From positions 352,001 to 416,000 of the forward strand of contig CAVUVW010000021.1 of the NCBI GenBank assembly GCA_963745035.1: DNA of 64,000 nt, read 5' to 3'. The notes beneath the pieces were generated by a model, which worked only from the letters and a program-made list of their open reading frames with translations, did no database searches and was not told the DNA's origin. The position numbers and the translations under genes were made by a program. Each line of letters begins with the position of its first letter. Within the stretch, counting starts at the first letter, position 1. Positions 58,519-64,000 of the stretch are shown piece by piece. This DNA comes from an uncultured delta proteobacterium. GTDB lineage: Bacteria > Desulfobacterota > Binatia > UBA9968.

Positions 58519-60695
58519 AGTCCGGCTCGTACTATCCCGCCGCGGACGTGGGCTTGATCCGTACGGCCTACGATTTTTCGGCCAAGGTTCATCAAGGACA
58601 AAAGCGGCTGTCCGGCGAGCCCTATCTGATCCATCCGCTGGCGGTGGCCGACATCATCGCCGACCTCAAGCTCGACGTGCCGAGCATCGTCGGCGGCCTG
58701 TTGCACGATACGGTGGAGGACACCCTCACGACCCTCGACGAGGTGAAGGGCCTGTTCGGGCGCGAGATCGCCGCGCTGGTCGACGGCGTCACCAAATTGG
58801 GCCGCGCCAATTTTAGCAGCCGCGAAGAAAAGCAGGCGGAGAATTTTCGCAAGATGCTGCTGGCGATGGGCAAGGACGTGCGGGTGATTTTGATCAAGCT
58901 CGCCGATCGCGTCCACAATATGCGCACGTTGGATCACATGCCGGCGGAGAAGCGGATTCTCACCGCCCAAGAAACGCTCGATATCTATGCGCCACTGTCG
59001 CACCGTCTGGGGATCGCCTGGATCAAGAGCGAACTCGAGGATCTGGCGCTCAAGTATCTGCATCCGGAAGTCTACTACCAGCTCAAACGCAACGTCGCCA
59101 AAAAGAAAAGTGATCGTGAAAAATATATCGACGAAGTGATTTCCATCATCACCAAAAAGCTCGATGCCGAAGGCATCGATGCCGAAGTGACCGGCCGGCC
59201 CAAGCATTTCTACAGCATCTACCAGAAGATGGAGAGCCAGAATCTAGTTTACGATCAGATCTACGATTTGGTTGCGTTTCGCGTTCTAGTCGATACCCAG
59301 CGCGAGTGCTATGAGGCGCTCGGGTTGGTTCATTCGCAGTGGCGCCCGGTGCCGGGCCGTTTCAAAGACTACATCGCGCTGCCCAAGCTCAACATGTATC
59401 AATCGCTGCATACCAGCGTCATCGGTCCCTACGGCGAGCGGATCGAAATTCAAATTCGCACCCACGAAATGCATCGGGTGGCGGAAGAGGGGATCGCGGC
59501 GCACTGGCGCTACAAAGAGGGCGAAGAATTTCAGGTAAGCGATATCCAGCGCTTCGCCTGGCTGCGGCAATTGCTCGAGTGGCAGGAAAACCTGCAAGAC
59601 CCGCAGGAATTTCTGCACAGCCTGAAGGAAGACTTGTTCTCGACCTCCATGTACGTGTTCACTCCCAAGGGAGATCTTTTGAACTTTCCCAAGGGCTCCA
59701 CGGTGATCGACTTTGCCTACCGGATCCATACTGAAGTCGGCCACCGCTGCTCCGGCGCGCGGGTCAACGGTCAGCTGGTATCGCTCAAATACATTTTGCG
59801 CAGCGGCGACACCGTGGAGATCATCACCACCCAGCAGCAGGCGCCGACGCGAGACTGGCTCAAGTGGGTGAAGACGCCGCGTGCCAAATCGAAGATCCGC
59901 AACTGGCTGAAGGCGCAGCAGCGCGAACGTAGCGTACTGCTCGGAAAGGAAATCCTCGAAGGCGACTTGCATCGCTACCAGCTCGACTACGCGGGGCTGC
60001 GTAGCAATGGCAAGATCGGCTGGCTGACCAAGGAATTGGGCATGAAAGACGAAGAGGCGTTGCTCGCCGCCATCGGTTACGGCCGGATCACCACGCGCCA
60101 TGTGCTCGCCAAGCTGATTCCGCCGGAAAAACTCGAAGCCGGATCGAAGAAGGCCGGCGGCGCCTTGGAGTCGCTGTTTCGCCTGGTGTCCAAGCAGAAG
60201 CGCGGCTTGGGGATTCGCGTCAAGGGGGTAGACGATGTCTTGGTGCGCTTCGCGCTATGCTGCCACCCGCTGCCGGGCGAGCACATCGTCGGCTTCATCA
60301 CCCGCGGGCGCGGGGTGACCATCCATACCGTCGGCTGCCCGACCGTGCTGGAGAGCGATCCGCATCGAAAAATCGACGTGAGCTGGGAGGAATCAGAGCA
60401 GTTGCCGCGGCCGGTCAAGATCGAAGTGAGCTGCATCGATCAACCGGGCTTGCTGGCGGCGATCAGCGCGGCTATCACCAGCGCGGAGGCGAATATTGCG
60501 CGCGCGCAGATTCGCACCTTTTCGAGCCAGCGGGCAATCAATACGTTCGAAGTCATGATCAAGGACTCCGCCCACCTCGGTCGAGTGCTGCAGAATATCT
60601 CCAAGGTCAAAGGCGTCTATAAAGCGGTGCGCGCCCGCGGCCGCGCGGGCGGCAAAGTGGAATCGGATCCCGTTCACAAAGAGGAGTTGCACTGA
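58481..60695 (+). CDS. spoT: bifunctional (p)ppGpp synthetase/hydrolase RelA/SpoT; frameshift ~58527
   Basis: MAKEAKINELVDKVR joins SYYP after one extra base; LLHDTVED (HD), YQSLHT, TGS, CCHP, ACT domains. Confidence 0.93.
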
Positions 60696-60709
60696 TCCTT
60701 GCGGTGCTG

Positions 60710-60901
60710 CTAGGCGACTTTCTGGACGCGGCCAGAATGAATGCAGTCGGTGCAGACCAGGGCGCGCTTGACTTGCCCATCGAAGTTCGCTCTCACCCGC
60801 TGCAGATTGGGCCGCCAGGAACGTTTGGATTTATTGTTGGCGTGACTCACGTTGTTGCCGACGGATCGGCCTTTCCCGCAAATCGAGCAGACTCTCGCCA
60901 T
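60710..60901 (-). CDS. rpmB: 50S ribosomal protein L28 (Zn-binding CxxC form)
   Basis: [29 protein letters not shown]. Confidence 0.96.
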   Translation of the reverse strand: MARVCSICGKGRSVGNNVSHANNKSKRSWRPNLQRVRANFDGQVKRALVCTDCIHSGRVQKVA

Positions 60902-61372
60902 CGTCGTTTCGTATCCTTTCAATAATTTCCGTGGTCGAAAAACCTTTCAGATAGGGAATGACGGCGACCTGGCCGCCAGCTTGTTCGACTAGGTCCGCGC
61001 CGACGATCTGATCGGCGCTCCAGTCCCCGCCCTTTGCCAGCACGCGGGCTTGATCGCGGCGATCAAATTGTAAGGATCGGGCTCGTCGAAAACAACGACG
61101 TAGTCTACCATCTCCATAGCGGCGATCAACTCGACTCGGTCGGTTTCGGGCAAAATTGGCCGCGCCGCACCTTTGATCGATTTTACCGATCGGTCGCTGT
61201 TGATCCCGACGATCAACAGATCGCCCGCCGCCTTGGCCTGCCGCAAAACATGCACGTGGCCGCGGTGCAACAGATCGAAGCAGCCGTTGGTGAAGACCAC
61301 AGTCTTGCCGTTTTTGCGCGCGTCGGCGGCGATGGCGGCGACCTCGTCAAGGCTCTTGAGCTTGCCCGGCAC
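60831..61372 (-). CDS. hldC: D-glycero-beta-D-manno-heptose 1-phosphate adenylyltransferase (RfaE domain II); frameshift ~61045
   Basis: [19 protein letters not shown] then [15 protein letters not shown] in the next frame; GTG start 61372 inferred. Confidence 0.88.
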
Positions 61373-61530
61373 ATTGTCTGGGGTAGCATGATAAATGATT
61401 GTTTTCAATTAAATATCGCGCGTCTGATGCCCGAGATTAGCTTGATTCCAGAAGAAAATTTCGCTAAGGTCTGGAACACAGGCGAGCGCGTCCGTCGCAT
61501 TCAATCCTGCATCAATTTAGGAGGCCACGA

Positions 61531-62971
61531 ATGGAATATCAGGATCTCAGGGACTGGATCCAAATCGCCGAAGAGATGGGCGAACTCAAGACTTTGAAAG
61601 GGTGCGACTGGAATTTGGAAATCGGCGCGATCACGGAGATCGTGGCGCACAAGGAAGACGGCCCGGCGGTGCTGTTTGAAGACATTAAAGGCTATCCCAA
61701 GGGCTACCGGGTGTTGTCCAACTCCCTTTCCTCGCGCAAGCGGCTGGCCCTTACCTTGGGGCTTCCTTCCGGCGAAACCAAAATGGATTTCGTCAAGATC
61801 TGGAAGGACAATTACAAAAGCATCAAGCCGGTGCCGGCTAAGTTCGTCAAAAAGAGCGCGCTCTTCGACAACGTCTACAAAGACGGCGATATCGATATGT
61901 TCAAGTTCCCGACGCCGCTCTGGCATGACAAGGACGGCGGCCGCTATATCGGCACGGGCAGCGTCGATATCACGCGCGATCCGGATGAGGGCTGGGTCAA
62001 CTACGGCACCTACCGGGTCATGATCCATGACAAGAACAAGTTGGGCTTTTATATTTCGCCCGGCAAGCACGGCCGCATCCAGCGGGAAAAGTATGCCGCC
62101 AGCGGCAAGCCGTTCAAAATCGCCATGTCCTTTGGCCACGATCCATTGACCTTCCTCGCCGGCAGCATCGAAGTGCCGTACGGCGTGCCGGAATATGAGT
62201 TCATCGGCGGCCTGCGCGGCGCAGCCTTTCGAGATGATCGAAGGAGAGTACTCCGGCTTGCCGATTCCGGCCAATGCCGAAATCGTCATCGAGGGCGATG
62301 TCCATTTCGATAATCCGAAAGTCGAAGGACCGTTCGGCGAGTGGACCGGTTATTACGCCAGCGCGGAACGCGCCGAGCCCTGGGTCGAGGTGAAGCGGCT
62401 TTATCATCGCAACGATCCGATCATTCTCGGCTCGCCTCCGGGGAGACCGCCGGCGGAACTGGGTTGGTATCGTTCTTATCTGCGCTCGGCGCTGATCTGG
62501 GACGAGATGGAAAAGGCCGGCGTGCCGGACGTCAAAGGGGTGTGGCTCACAGTTTCCGGCGGCAGCCGTCTGATGATGTGTGTATCGATCAAGCAGCGCT
62601 ATCCGGGACATGCCAAGCAAGCGGCCGTGGTTGCGTCGCAGTGCCACGCCGGCGCGTATCTGGGACGCTTCGTGGTCGTGGTCGATGACGATATCGATCC
62701 GTCGAACACCGATGATGTCATTTGGGCGATGTCGACTCGCTGCGAGCCCGAGCAGGATATCGATATCCTGCGCCGCTGCTGGAGCGGGCCGCTCGATCCC
62801 GTGATTCACCCGACCAAGAAGGGTTTCAATTCGCGCGCGATCATCGACGCGACCCGGCCGTACGAGTGGATGAAAGATTTTCCGCCGGTGGCCGAGTCGA
62901 GCAAGGAAGTCCTCGACGCCACGGCCAAGAAATGGGGCGCGGAGCTGTTCGGAACCAACGGCAAGAAGTAG
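61531..62971 (+). CDS. UbiD-family (prFMN-dependent) decarboxylase; frameshift ~62221
   Basis: DLRDWI, DGGRYIGT, NYGTYR, EGPFGEWTGYY, VVVDDDIDP. Confidence 0.9.
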
Positions 62972-62989
62972 GCCGCGCTTAAGCCTGGA

Positions 62990-63775
62990 CTACGAAGGCA
63001 AGTCGATCACGATGGTGGTCGGCTTGCCTTTTTTTATGACTTCGAGCTTGATTTGCGACCGCGCGGCGTGAACTGCGGCCTCGAGATCGCTCGTGGAAGC
63101 GATCGGTTGCTCATTGGCCTTGACAATAATGTCGCCGCGCTGGAGCCCGGCGTTCAGCGCCGCGCCGCCGGACAGGTCGGTCACCAGGACGCCTTTTTGC
63201 TGTGGACTGTCGAACAGTCTGGCCAGCTCCGGGGTCAGATCCTGCGCCTGCAGGCCCAATTTTTTCTGAGTTTGCTCGGCGCGTCCGCCTTGCGCCGGGA
63301 CTGGTTTGGATTTGCCCAGCACCTGCGCCGAGACGAAGATCGGCGCCTTCGCGCGCAGCGCCACCGCGATGGCGTCGCTCGGTCGGCTGTCCACCTGCAC
63401 GACCTTGTCTCTGACGGCGAGAGAAAGTTGGGCGAAGTACGTATTGTTGCGCAGCTCGGTAATGGTGACCCGCTGGAGGGTTGCGCCGACGCTCTGCAAA
63501 ATATTGCGAATCAAGTCATGGGTGAGCGGGCGCGGCAGCGAGACGTGCTCGAGCTCGAGCGCGATAGCGCGCGCCTCGGGCACGTCGATCCAGATCGGCA
63601 GCGGTCTCTTGTCGGCGACGGTCTCGAGCACGACCACCGGCGTTTGGGTCGCGGGATCGACAAGCAGGGTTTTGATCCGCGCTTCGAAGACGGTGGCATC
63701 CTGGGCGCCGTGGACTGGGAGCGCAGGCAACAAAAAAAATAGCAGCAGAAGCGGCAGATGGTGACACAATTTCAT
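62990..63775 (-). CDS. bifunctional nuclease (DUF151) domain protein with signal peptide and C-terminal PDZ domain
   Basis: GGAGGAG SD; hydrophobic leader; LPIWI..PEA.AI, PRPLTHDL, DSRPSDAIA; LGLQAQDLT..GVLV..AGLQRGDII PDZ. Confidence 0.85.
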   Translation of the reverse strand: MKLCHHLPLLLLFFLLPALPVHGAQDATVFEARIKTLLVDPATQTPVVVLETVADKRPLPIWIDVPEARAIALELEHVSLPRPLTHDLIRNILQSVGATLQRVTITELRNNTYFAQLSLAVRDKVVQVDSRPSDAIAVALRAKAPIFVSAQVLGKSKPVPAQGGRAEQTQKKLGLQAQDLTPELARLFDSPQQKGVLVTDLSGGAALNAGLQRGDIIVKANEQPIASTSDLEAAVHAARSQIKLEVIKKGKPTTIVIDLPS

Positions 63776-63818
63776 GGCTCCTCCGGATCCAAGCGGCGTG
63801 CGGCGCAAGTGATGTGCA

Positions 63819-63887
63819 ATTATGAAGCGCCGCGCGGCCGTGTCAATGCCGCTTTTCTTGACCCGAGGATTTGAGCTGCGTTATGGT
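63819..63887. promoter_or_regulatory. back-to-back sigma70-type promoters
   Basis: Minus strand TTGACA-N16-CATAAT (63846-63819); plus strand TTGACC-N18-TATGGT (63858-63887). Confidence 0.5.
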
Positions 63888-63907
63888 TTCTCGAGGAGCG
63901 TGCGTCG

Positions 63908-64000
63908 TTGCAGATCCAAATCCTGTCCGATGAGATGGCGAGCCGTATCGCCGCCGGCGAAGTCGTCGAGCGGCCGGCCTCGGTGGTGAAAGAGCTGGTC
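63908..64000 (+). CDS. mutL: DNA mismatch repair protein MutL (N-terminal fragment)
   Basis: Not in ORF track. TTG after GAGGAG: [31 protein letters not shown]. Confidence 0.93.
   Translation, partial: MQIQILSDEMASRIAAGEVVERPASVVKELV

Overview
GC-rich chromosomal window from a diderm bacterium. Gene content (SsuA-like binding protein, amidohydrolase, CofH, UbiD, lpxI-type lipid A cluster) looks deltaproteobacterium/Binatota-like, but this is an inference. Layout: accessory genes (1-10.8 kb), hisS-aspS, def-cofH, an Rrf2-suf Fe-S operon with a truncated globin, metF, lysS, and a ~31 kb envelope cluster (lolC/E, lolD, bamA, skp, lpxD, fabZ, lpxA, lpxI, gnnA-like, lpxB, msbA, waaA, lpxK, gmhB, heptosyl/glycosyltransferases, three LPS-kinase-family genes, a sulfotransferase, hldA). 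It ends with yicC-gmk-rel, rpmB, hldC, a UbiD decarboxylase, a DUF151-PDZ gene and the start of mutL. Many single-base frameshifts fall in essential genes and are most likely sequencing errors. I found no tRNA, rRNA, CRISPR array or transposase. The best lead is a 527-bp cassette (715-1241): a four-helix-bundle (IVP/Avd-like) gene enclosed by a 32-bp inverted repeat built from AATGGAT heptamers. Other leads: a suf operon lacking sufB, a signal-peptide DUF151 nuclease-PDZ fusion, a secreted tandem subtilisin-propeptide-like protein with no protease domain, and an uncalled 42-aa membrane protein behind a sigma54-type promoter.
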